Shown piece by piece: positions 19,755-30,808 of a stretch of DNA of 64,000 nt. The position numbers and the translations under genes were made by a program. Every line of letters starts with the position of its first letter. Position 1 is the stretch's first letter. Location of the stretch: contig JAANOX010000261.1 of assembly GCA_020184695.1 (NCBI GenBank), forward strand, positions 62,001 to 126,000, given 5' to 3'. Source of the stretch: Histomonas meleagridis 2922-C6/04-290x. Its lineage: Eukaryota; Protista; Parabasalia. The notes under the pieces are model-generated. The model made no database searches, was not told the origin of the DNA, and saw only the letters and a program-made list of their open reading frames with translations.

Positions 19755-21623
19755 TTATATATTAACAAAATGATCTTCTTTGAAATCTTCAACAAATGGA
19801 TCTTCTGCAATGTTCGACATTTGATCAAGAACTGAAAATCTTTCTGTCGTATTATTGTCATTCGTTTCAACACTTATCGCGTCTTCTTCATTTTTAGTTT
19901 TGTTTCGTTGATGATTAAGAAATATAACAACAATTATTACAATTAGAATAATAACTATTATTACACAAACAATAATGATAATAATAACAGTGTTCGTTTG
20001 TTTATCATCATTACCATTATCATTTCCTTCATTTTGTTTTTGAAAAATAGTAAAGAAATTTGAATAATAACTGAAATATGTCGAATATTGAATAATCGTA
20101 TAATTATAATATAAATATTCTGTGATGAAATATGTAATAGATGAAGATAACATTGAAATGATATATGTATTTGATAAAAATGAATAATTTGAAATTGTCT
20201 CTATAAATGATATCATATATTTTAATGTTAATGAATATGAATATGTTGTGAAATATTCAAATGAATTCTCTATTATAAATGAATTAGATTTACTAAATGT
20301 ATTTGATTGTGTATATGTATTTGATTTAGTAAATGTATTTGATTTAGTAAATGTATTTGATTGTGTATATGTATTTGATTTAGTAAATGTATTTGATTTA
20401 GAAAATGTATTTGATTGTGAATATGTATTTGATTGAGAAAATGTATTTGACTTAGAATATGTATTTGATTGTGAATATGTATTTGATTTAGAAAATGTAT
20501 TTGATTGTGAATATGTATTTGATTTAGAAAATGTATTTGATTGTGAATATGTATTTGATTGTGTAAATGAATTTGATTCAGTGAATGTATATGTCGGAAA
20601 GCACTCTGGAACTGTTTCATATGTCACGCCAAATATGCCAAATGTTTTACTTTGATATGTGCTTAACACCATGACTTCAATTTCAACTGTAACATAATTA
20701 AAAGATTCTGCTTCAAATGTAGGTTCATTTTCACCATAAAAGTAAACACATTTAAGGCTATTACAAGAACTAAATCCGTATATTTCGATTGCATTTACAT
20801 TTTTTCCAATGGAAACAGTGGTCAGACGAGTAAATGATGAGAATAAACCTTGTGATATTTTTGTGAGCTTGTCTGTAATGGTAAATAATTTGAGTTTTTC
20901 ACAATAACAAAATGTATAATTACCGTAATTTTCAATGTTATCACAATTCGTAATCTCTTCTAAATTAGAAAAATAAAATGAATGAAATCGAAGAGAAGTA
21001 ACTGTTGATGGGACTTCATATGTATTTCCTTCTTTTGCTGCTGGATAATAGTAAATAGTTTTAACATTTTTATCATAAAGAACACCATCATCATTTAAAT
21101 TACAAAAATACGGATTGTTTTCAGACACTTTATAAAACTTAACACTATAACAATACCTAAAAACAGCATAACCAAATGAACTTACTGATGCTGGGAAAGT
21201 GATGTTCTGTAATTGCTCACAATTGTCAAACGCACGATCTCCAAATGATTGAACACTTTCTCCAATTATAACTGATTCTAAATTTGAACAATTAGAAAAT
21301 ACACGATCTTCAATTGATGTGACATTATTGCCAATTATAACTGATTTTATATTTGAACAATAACGAAATGCTCTTGATCCAATCGATGTTACAGAATCAC
21401 CAATTATAACTGAAAGTAAAGAAGTCCATTGGTAAAAAGCATAACTTGATATTGTTGTAACACCACTTTCAATTATAAGATGTAACGTTGTATCTTTGTA
21501 ATTAGATCTTTCATCAAATTCACTTGAACTAGTGATTGTAAGTGTTGATGTTTCTGTAGAAAATGTTTCTGTTGAATGAATGAAAAAAATAATGAATATT
21601 AAAGGAAGAAATTTGTTTTTCAT
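19755..21623 (-). CDS. BspA-like (TpLRR) surface protein, copy 1
   Basis: Leader MKNKFLPLIF (ATG 21623), TpLRR repeats (VIIGDSVTSIGSRAF), S/T-rich stalk, TM helix, acidic DPF tail. Confidence 0.9.
   Translation of the reverse strand: MKNKFLPLIFIIFFIHSTETFSTETSTLTITSSSEFDERSNYKDTTLHLIIESGVTTISSYAFYQWTSLLSVIIGDSVTSIGSRAFRYCSNIKSVIIGNNVTSIEDRVFSNCSNLESVIIGESVQSFGDRAFDNCEQLQNITFPASVSSFGYAVFRYCYSVKFYKVSENNPYFCNLNDDGVLYDKNVKTIYYYPAAKEGNTYEVPSTVTSLRFHSFYFSNLEEITNCDNIENYGNYTFCYCEKLKLFTITDKLTKISQGLFSSFTRLTTVSIGKNVNAIEIYGFSSCNSLKCVYFYGENEPTFEAESFNYVTVEIEVMVLSTYQSKTFGIFGVTYETVPECFPTYTFTESNSFTQSNTYSQSNTFSKSNTYSQSNTFSKSNTYSQSNTYSKSNTFSQSNTYSQSNTFSKSNTFTKSNTYTQSNTFTKSNTFTKSNTYTQSNTFSKSNSFIIENSFEYFTTYSYSLTLKYMISFIETISNYSFLSNTYIISMLSSSITYFITEYLYYNYTIIQYSTYFSYYSNFFTIFQKQNEGNDNGNDDKQTNTVIIIIIVCVIIVIILIVIIVVIFLNHQRNKTKNEEDAISVETNDNNTTERFSVLDQMSNIAEDPFVEDFKEDHFVNI
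20281..20580 (-). repeat. 18-bp tandem repeat encoding SNT[F/Y][S/T][K/Q] stalk
   Basis: About 16-17 units here versus about 8 in each of the other two copies. Confidence 0.85.
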
Positions 21624-22435
21624 TATTTTATTAGATTTTATTAACTTATTAAATAAATTTATTGATATGTGTTTCATTTTGTTGAAAAATAATTTAGTGA
21701 CAAAAAAAGTGAGGAAAATTATTAAAAAATTATGTAGTAACATACAAGAGTTTAAATAGTATGTAGTTGAAGACCATAATGCTTTTTTAGTATTAATAAG
21801 AATTGAATATTTTGTTGAAAATTGTTTGTCATTTGAAGTATTTCTTGGATGAGGAATGGAGTTCGTCAGTGACAAATCACTCACATCTAAAATACTGCAC
21901 GAGCGAAAGTCAAGAAGCATTTCAGCAAGGCTACACCTGATTTGTATAGTTTACATATCTAACCATCACAAATCAGCTATTCTGTAATAAACCAATGATT
22001 CAAAAACTTTTAAATTAGTTACTATTCAAAATTTGAAATACCTGCCCACTTTTATTTCAAATTTTTTTGATACCGTATCAATTTTTCTGGGCTAAGGCAA
22101 CGTTCCGGGAACTGTGGTGATATCTATTCATAAATTTTGTGATCACTTTTTTAGTATGCACACTTAAAATATCTAAAAACATATTAAAAGTTTCAATAAG
22201 TTCTGATTGAGCACTATTTTGTTTATAGAAAAACCCTGTCTAAACTGCATTTCATTCAAATTTTGACAGAAAATTAATCTTATATCATTAGTAAAAATTT
22301 TAATAATTTTTGGATTGTAGTGAAATATGGATCTTTAGGATCGTTTTTCTTGTTTTCTTCTTCAGTTTTATAATGTGAATGATAATTGGTATTAAAGTTT
22401 TCGAAAATATTTATATTAATTCATTCGTTTTCGAT

Positions 22436-22567
22436 CAGGCTTGGGCAATGTTGAAAATGTAATTGGCCAATTTGAATAATCGCATTGAAAAAAGTGACGG
22501 AACCCAAATTCGAAATTTACGGTTAAGAAAATTAATCTGGCACTTTTTTCAACATTGGTCAATCCTG
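22436..22567. mobile_element. Putative 132-bp MITE
   Basis: 22-bp terminal inverted repeats matching 19/22 (CAGGCTTGGGCAATGTTGAAAA ... TTTTCAACATTGGTCAATCCTG); no clear target duplication. Confidence 0.5.
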
Positions 22568-23156
22568 TTTTCAATTAAGCTGGGAAAACTCAAGCTTTGC
22601 GAAAAATATTTTTACTCGTTTTGAACAAACTAACACCACATTATGTTAATAAGATTTTCATCAATTTAAATAAAATTCAAAAAAAAAATTCCGCAATATT
22701 ACAATTTCGTTATTGATGAAATAAAATATACAAAAATTCAAAAACATGATTGAAATCAATTTTTCTATCATTCAAATTTTTCTTAGGCTTTTGAAATATT
22801 TCATTATTTATTTTGAATTTTTCATTGAATATAGCTTGAATATAGTTACTCGTTTTCATAGTTTTGCTTATGCCTAGCATAAGTTGATAAATAGTTGAAT
22901 ATATTATTTTTTTCGCCATATCAGAATCAAATTTTTCATGGAGAAATTTGAAAAAATCATCAACAATTTCTTTTTTCATTGTTTTAAAATATTCGATGTA
23001 CTGATCTTGATAAATTGAGCTTCGATTGAAATTGTTTGATTCCCAAATTGCAATTGCTAAATGAAATGGGGAAAATGAAAAAAGTATATTTGGAATAATT
23101 GAATGAGTGTTTGATTATTTAATTTTTTATCTTTGATATCAATTTTAAGAATACTA

Positions 23157-25155
23157 AAGTCACAGAAAAACTCCCGTTTAAAATTACGGTTAAAGAGTTT
23201 GAATGACTTTTAATTCTCAAATAAAAATTGACTATAACCTTTCAGTTTTTCAATTGATTGTTTATTTTCGATGATGAATGCTGGAAAAAAGTCTCAATTG
23301 AAAGCCACATGGAACAGCTGATGTTTATCCGGAGATGGTAAAGAGCCGTGCAATAGGCAATTTCTCGAACGGTTATCTTGAAACCCATGAGTGGTCAAAT
23401 GCAAAATCAGAAAGGAAACAGGTTCTATTTGCTCTTGAATCTTGCAGAGAAAATGGTTTTTCAGTGAGCCAATATGAACTTGCGAGGTTCTTCGGAATCG
23501 AAAGAACCACTGTCCAATATCATATTGAGCATCCTTTCTCTAATTTCGAGAATATCCAAAGGCCAGGTGGTAGACCCGCTATTCTTGATGAGAATGAGAA
23601 GCTTCAGTTGATTGATTGGATAGAAGAAACACTCAAGCTCAGATACCCAGCAACTTACCAAAAAATATAAGAGTTTATTGAAGATAAGTTTCGGTAAGCA
23701 CCTATCCATGGACACAATCAGGCACATGGTTTACTCTATGGATAAGTTGAAGGTTGTTACCGGGACTCCAATGGAAAGTGAAAGAATCTTCAGTGATCCT
23801 AAAAAAATAGATCAGTATTTTGAAGAACTTGAAACCTCGCTGGAATTCGGTATTCCTCCTGAGTTCATCATCAACATTGATAAATCAGGATACCAAGAAT
23901 GGGCTGACGCATAAAAATTTCCAGTGCATCGTTCCTATTGATTATCCAAACATAGCTGTAAGAATCCCCAGGGATAGGACATCAAAAAGAGCGACAATGT
24001 TGGGTGGGATTTGTGCTGATGGATCTACCATCAAGCCTATGATTGTTCTCTGGCGTGAAACAATCGAAAAGGAACTACTTGATCATGGTTACACTCCAGA
24101 TAAGGTTCACATTGGGAGGTTTGACACAGGCTAAATTAATCAAAAATTATTCTTGCAATGGGCCAAGCAATCTTTTATCCCAGAAATGAGAGCGAAAAGA
24201 ACATGGTTCCATTACAATGGAACAATTCTTCTTATAATGTATGGTTTCGGTGTACATGATTTTGATCAGTTTCGGGAAATTCTTTCATCCTCTACTATTT
24301 GCACCTCACAGTAGCGATCAGACTCAGTTCCTCGACCTTCTAATCTTTGGCTTGCAAAAGGCAGAAATGCAGCAAATGAGGATCAACAATCAATTTAACT
24401 TACAAACCCAGCAAGTCATTAAGATCCTTGATTCGTGGCAGTCAGTAACAATACCAAGGAATGTGATTGCTGCCTTTCGTCGAGGAGGTCTTATTATTCA
24501 ATGGGATATTGTACAAGGGAGACTCGTTTCCAGGGTTGATAGATCCCATGCAAAATCGGTTCACCACTTCGCTTTTGATTCTGTTGTTGAATCAGCAGAC
24601 AAAAGACGAATCCGAATCTAAAGTAAGTTATTACATATCCTTTTGATGACTCCTTAAATTAGTTTGCGTTTTTGTTAATGGTGATTCATATCGTGTTGGC
24701 GTTTTTGTTAATGTTGGAGTTTGATTTTTGACTTGGTGTTTCTTGAATATAAATTTTCTTCTCTCCAGAAGGGTAAATCCAGGCTTGTATGTCGAAGCCT
24801 GGAGGCCGATAGATGTAATCGATCGATGATTAATCACAGGTGCCAGCCAACCTTCGAGGATGCAGTTAGAACCAAAGTTTGTTTCAAACTGCTAAGTCTT
24901 CAAAACATTTAAACAAATACATAAATTCAGACCTGAATTCAACAGGTCTCTTAATTTATATTTGCAATCCGAAATTTCAATTGAAATAAATGAATGAAAA
25001 GATTATGTTGAATAAATTTTTATTCAGATAAATACATGTTTATGAATAAATTTTTCATAAATTTTTGAGCGATAATTCAATTTTATTATCAAAAAGTTAA
25101 AAGAAAGTGGCGATGTAAAAAAAATTTGGTGGACGGAGGGTTTTTCCAGTGACTT
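23157..25155 (+). mobile_element. Decayed Tc1/mariner/pogo-superfamily (DDE_1-type) DNA transposon, about 2.0 kb
   Basis: TA at 23155-56 and 25156-57; imperfect TIRs AAGTCACAGAAAAACTCCCGT and ACGGAGGGTTTTTCCAGTGACTT; internal transposase fragments. Confidence 0.75.
23335..24621 (+). pseudogene. DDE_1 (CENP-B/pogo-like) transposase pseudogene
   Basis: HTH-like N-terminus, NIDKSGYQEWAD, RATMLGGICADGSTIKPMI, APHSSDQTQFLDLLIFG spread over several frames with stops. Confidence 0.85.
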
Positions 25156-26570
25156 TATCAATAGTCTTGCATTAGGGAGTCTATTTTTGTTTTCTAGAAT
25201 ATATTATATTGAATTAAATCTAATTTGGAATTAATATCTAGAAATTTCGTATTTTAAATTTTTATTAGATATGCAATTTTTTTTTTGAAATTATGTATAT
25301 TCAATAACAATGTATTGTTTTGCCTTTTTAATTTCAGAATTTTGATTTTTAGACTTTGTATTTCAAGATTTGCTCGTTTTATTTCATTCGTGATAAATGG
25401 ACTTTTTTTCAATAATAAGAATTTGTAGTTTATTAATATTAAATTTTCTTGAAAACTGCTTATTGAAAAAAATTAAAAAGCATATGAATGCATTCGCGTG
25501 GATTTACTATATTTGAGTATTATTACTATTATAGGAATTTTTCGCTCAGTATTTAGTTTTTCTTGTTCAAATGTGCTAATAGATTCATGTAAATATCAAT
25601 TTCTTCACGAAAACGAATGATATTCAGCTATTGCAATATAATACAAAATATATACATAAAATGAGAGATTACAAAAATCCTGGAAAAAAATTTTTTTTGC
25701 TTAATTTTGAATATTCAAATTTTATTGAAATTTCTAAAATACCGGATATAAATTTTAGTATGGATAAAGCTATTTTAAGGAATGCTATATTCATAGATCG
25801 TATTCAATTATTTTAGCTATTCATTGAGATAAAGCAACACAAACAATAAACGTTCTCCGTATTCAATTTGTTTTCCCAGCTCTTTTTCAATCATTTTTTC
25901 AATGATATAATATGTCTATTGTGTATTAAATTCTGATATATAATTAGTAAAAATATCAATAATTTTTGGATTGTTGTAAAGAATTGCTTCTTCTTTAGAT
26001 TGAATCACTTGCAAATAATTTAAATATGTTTGGATCGATTCTCTCTGAGATTAAAATGCTGAATAAACCAAAACAATTATACAACAATTATATGTAAAAG
26101 GAAAATCTTTATCAAATAAATCCATTGTTTTTCCAACACAAATCTCAAAGTTTTTTTTCTGTGATATTAAATATAATTTGTTCTATCGGAATCAACTTTT
26201 GTATATATACGATTTGTCTTTTAATTGATGTATTATTTGCTTCATTTTCTGATTCATTGATATGTGTGCTTATGAGTAATGGTCCAAAAAGTCATATCGT
26301 ATATCTATCGTCATAAGTGGGTAGCCCCGAAAGTTGGGAGTTGTAAGTGCTGAGATCGGTTCTCTATTTAAATACATTAAGTATCCACGAATTAAAATAA
26401 ATTTTAAAGCCTCTAACCCATTTATATACCTATATGGTTAAAAAATTCCACAGGATTTCCATGATGGAAAAATTAAATTAATCATTTGGTAAATTTATAT
26501 ATAAAACTATAAATATGTATTGATTTATTAACAAAACAATATTTTTTCGGTGGTGATCGTTCACGATAAA

Positions 26571-26680
26571 ACCCATTAATGTATGGGAGAAAATAATTAA
26601 AGTAATTTAAAAATAAAACCAAATAATATATGAGGAAAATAATCAAAGTAATTTAAAAACATGACCCATAACTATATGGG
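26571..26680. repeat. 46-47-bp tandem repeat (about 2.4 units) with CCCAT-N6-ATGGG inverted motif
   Basis: Units start at 26571, 26618 and 26664; shared core GAAAATAAT[T/C]AAAGTAATTTAAAAA. Confidence 0.7.
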
Positions 26681-27382
26681 TGTTAATAAAATACACCCTT
26701 TAGTATTTATTTAATATTAAAGTTCGTACTACAATCTTTGATTAAAAAATTTTTTTTATTAAATTTAATATTTTTTTTGAAGAAATGAGAATTATTGATT
26801 ATTCACTTGTTTGTTACAAAATATTTCTTTAAAGAAATACAATATAAAACTTCAGTTATAATTTCCAAGATAATTAAACAGTAAAATAACTTTTGGCGTT
26901 TCCATTTGATATCAAATAGCATATCTTCAAAGAAGAGAAATGGTGTCTTCCAGATTGCTGCAACAACACTGGTATCTCGTCCATAACTAATTTGCAGTCC
27001 AAAATGTTTACCAAAAACATTATCGCTTGTATCTTTCTCTCCATAGGCCTTTCGCTACAAGTAAAATGTCATGTGAATGATGGAAACTGATAAAACTATC
27101 ATCTAACCCATGTATAATTTTAGAACTGGCGTGAAACACGTCTTCGCTGCTTCTATTGGATCCACTAGAACAGTTCTGTTATTCATCCATCATGAATTTT
27201 CAAGATGTGTATACCCATCAAATATAAGAAGCCCAAGTCAATGAATTGTCTCTTATATTTATTCAATGATTTAATCTTATTTACAAAAGAATAACGTAAT
27301 AATACATTTCCAACAGATTTTATTGTGATGATGAATCTACACCAAACATTAAAACTATATATATGGAAGAATAAATTTCTCA

Positions 27383-27900
27383 ATGACGTATCATGACAAA
27401 ACTATATATATCTTTGGCGGAACAAATGAATCGGAATATTTTAATGACATTTGGGGATTACTGATGAATATCAACAAATGAAATCGACTAATACACCTGA
27501 AGCTCGATCAGGACATACATTAACATATTATAATTCACGATGATATTTAATTGGCGGAATTAATAGGAAAAGTTGGATATTAGATGATGTATGTTTGTTT
27601 TGGATTTGGTCAATAATTAAATGAGAAAATTCACCTTCTAGTTGTATATATCATACAGCAAATTCAATTAATGACAAAATTATAATCCATGGATATGAAT
27701 GGTCGAACTAATTATTGCTTAGATTTTAATATATTTAATACTAATAATAATGAATGGGAAAAGTCAACCATTATTGGTGACAGATCTCCTTCTAGAAGTA
27801 ATCATTGTTCAATTAAATTAAAACAATTCATTATATACATCGGGGTTCATTTGTTACGAATGAAATTACAAATCCTGGAATTTTGGATACAACTGTAATG
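27383..27900 (+). pseudogene. Kelch-repeat protein pseudogene
   Basis: IYIFGGTNESEYFNDIW, ARSGHT, LIGGINRK..LDDV and PSRSNHCS fragments interrupted by stops and frameshifts. Confidence 0.7.
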
Positions 27901-28410
27901 AAATATACAAATTGTATAAGTGGTATTAATGATCCAATTTTGGTTAAATCATTTTTCTTTAGATGTAATTAAGTTACAAGATAAAAAATCTTTGTTGGAG
28001 TGGGAAAATGATTAAATCTCTTATACCAAGGTATTTAGAAAAAGCAACGGAAGGAAAGAAACCACAAATAAAAAGATCACATCATAAAAAAGAAATCAAA
28101 TTCATATTGAATTATAATCAAAAAATATTTTGTGACAGACATCTTAGGTTCAAATGTTCGGTCACTACTTAGTTGTGCGGAGGTGCCTCCATTGGCTGAC
28201 TTGAAAAATGGTTTGCAACATACTCCGAAGGCTGCGAGCGATTGTGAATTTTGGTGATCTAACAGACTTAGTCATGAAATACAAAACTGGAATATGTATA
28301 TGTGCCTTCAACTTGAGGTGGCACCAAAATTGGGAGTTAATGTCAGTGCTTCATCTAATGCTTAGCAAGATATGTTCTCTATATAATAAAGAAGTCAATT
28401 AAAAATATTT

Positions 28411-30048
28411 TTATATATTAACAAAATGATCTTCTTTGAAATCTTCAACAAATGGATCTTCTGCAATGTTCGACATTTGATCAAGAACTGAAAATCTTTC
28501 TGTCGTATTATTGTCATTCGTTTCAACACTTATCGCGTCTTCTTCATTTTTAGTTTTGTTTCGTTGATGATTAAGAAATATAACAACAATTATTACAATT
28601 AGAATAATAACTATTATTACACAAACAATAATGATAATAATAACAGTGTTCGTTTGTTTATCATCATTACCATTATCATTTCCTTCATTTTGTTTGAAAA
28701 TAGTAAAGAAATTTGAATAATAACTGAAATATGTCGAATATTGAATAATCGTATAATTATAATATAAATATTCTGTGATGAAATATGTAATAGATGAAGA
28801 TAACATTGAAATGATATATGTATTTGATAAAAATGAATAATTTGAAATTGTCTCTATAAATGATATCATATATTTTAATGTTAATGAATATGAATATGTT
28901 GTGAAATATTCAAATGAATTCTCTATTATAAATGAATTAGATTTACTAAATGTATTTGATTGTGTATATGTATTTGATTTAGTAAATGTATTTGATTTAG
29001 TAAATGCATTTGACTTAGAGAATGTATTACTTTGAGAATATGTATTTGATTGTGTAAATGAATTTGATTCAGTGAATGTATATGTCGGAGAGCACTCTGG
29101 AACTGTTTCATATGTCACACCAAATATGCCAAATGTATTACTTTGATATGTGCTTAATACCATGTTATCAATTTCAACTGTAACAGAACTAAAAGCGTTT
29201 GCATCAATTATAGGTTCATTTTCACCATAAAAGTAAACACATGTGAGGCTATTGCAAGAATAAAATACTATCCATTCAATTTTATTTACATTTTTTCCAA
29301 TGGAAACAGTTGTTAGACAGGTACATGAGGAAAATAAACCCTGTGGGATTGTTGTGACTTTGTTTGAGATTGAAAACGATTTAAGTTTTTCACAACGACA
29401 AAATGCATATTCTTCTAAGCTTTCAATGTTATCACAATTCGTAATCTCTTCTAAATTAGAAGCAATATAAAATGAATCTTCTCGAATACAAGTAACTGTT
29501 GATGGGACTTCATATGTATTTCCTTCTTTTGCTGCTGGATAATAGTAAATAGTTTTAACATTTTTATCATAAAGAACACCATCATCATTTAAATTACAAA
29601 AATACGGATTGTTTTCAGACACTTTATAAAACTTAACACTAGGACATAATATAAAAACAGCATAACCAAATGAACTCACTGATGCTGGGAAAGTGATGTT
29701 CTGTAATTGCTCACAATTGTTAAATGCACGATCTCCAAATGATTGAACACTTTCTCCAATTATAACTGATTCTAAATTTGAACAATAACGAAATGCTCTT
29801 GATCCAATCGATGTTACAGAATCACCAATTATAACTGAAAGTAAAGAAGTCCATTGGTAAAAAGCATAACTTGATATTGTTGTAACACCACTTTCAATTA
29901 TAAGATGTAACGTTGTATCTTTGTAATTAGATCTTTCATCAAATTCACTTGAACTAGTGATTGTAAGTGTTGATGTTTCTGTAGAAAATGTTTCTGTTGA
30001 ATGAATGAAAAAAATAATGAATATTAAAGGAAGAAATTTGTTTTTCAT
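28411..30048 (-). CDS. BspA-like surface protein, copy 2
   Basis: Same architecture as copy 1, with one 23-aa LRR fewer and a shorter stalk; ATG 30048. Confidence 0.9.
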   Translation of the reverse strand: MKNKFLPLIFIIFFIHSTETFSTETSTLTITSSSEFDERSNYKDTTLHLIIESGVTTISSYAFYQWTSLLSVIIGDSVTSIGSRAFRYCSNLESVIIGESVQSFGDRAFNNCEQLQNITFPASVSSFGYAVFILCPSVKFYKVSENNPYFCNLNDDGVLYDKNVKTIYYYPAAKEGNTYEVPSTVTCIREDSFYIASNLEEITNCDNIESLEEYAFCRCEKLKSFSISNKVTTIPQGLFSSCTCLTTVSIGKNVNKIEWIVFYSCNSLTCVYFYGENEPIIDANAFSSVTVEIDNMVLSTYQSNTFGIFGVTYETVPECSPTYTFTESNSFTQSNTYSQSNTFSKSNAFTKSNTFTKSNTYTQSNTFSKSNSFIIENSFEYFTTYSYSLTLKYMISFIETISNYSFLSNTYIISMLSSSITYFITEYLYYNYTIIQYSTYFSYYSNFFTIFKQNEGNDNGNDDKQTNTVIIIIIVCVIIVIILIVIIVVIFLNHQRNKTKNEEDAISVETNDNNTTERFSVLDQMSNIAEDPFVEDFKEDHFVNI

Positions 30049-30808
30049 TATTTTATTAGATTTTATTAACTTATTAAATAAATTTATTGATATGTGTTTC
30101 ATTTTGTTGAAAAATAATTTAGTGACAAAAAAAGTGAGGAAAATTATTAAAAAATTATGTAGTAACATACAAGAGTTTAAATAGTATGTAGTTGAAGACC
30201 ATAATGCTTTTTTAGTATTAATAAGAATTGAATATTTTGTTGAAAATTGTTTGTCATTTGAAGTATTTCTTGGATGGGGAATGGAGTTCGTCAGTGACAA
30301 ATAACTCACATCTAAAATACTGCACGAGCAAAAGTCAAGAAGCACTTCAACAAAAACAGAACTTTCAATACTGAATTTGTATAGTTTACATATAACCATG
30401 TGATTTGAATGCATTACTCTTGTTGGTTTCACTAGTGGGCGATATTTACTAAGTAAAAGATAGTTGTTCTAATTTTACTTTGTCATCAAAAAGTTTAACT
30501 GTTCAGTTCTTCGAAATATAAAAAAGAGTAGAATCTTAACATTTATTATGATAATTCTAAAATTTCGCGTGATTTTAAACACAGAGAGTTTCTTTATATC
30601 TTAGTAATTCAGTTATCGTTGTTGATTACAATTAAGCATTGTTCAATCCCTAATTACAAGAATTATTAATATTTACAATTATTTTCCTATAATTCTAAAA
30701 TTTCATTTTGGGTCAATGTCTTTTTATTTGTACAATGATTTTTTACACATACAAAATAAAATATTTGGTTAGTTTAAACCTTTATTTATATTTTATAGTA
30801 AAGCTTGT

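Noticed and set aside
21624-21920. N-terminal extensions of BspA ORFs from alternative starts (also 30049-30432 and 52517-52828)
   Set aside because: A signal-like leader starts at ATG 21623/30048; the upstream sequence is shared duplicated flank with no protein features
26571-26680. CRISPR-like array
   Set aside because: Contiguous tandem units with no spacers
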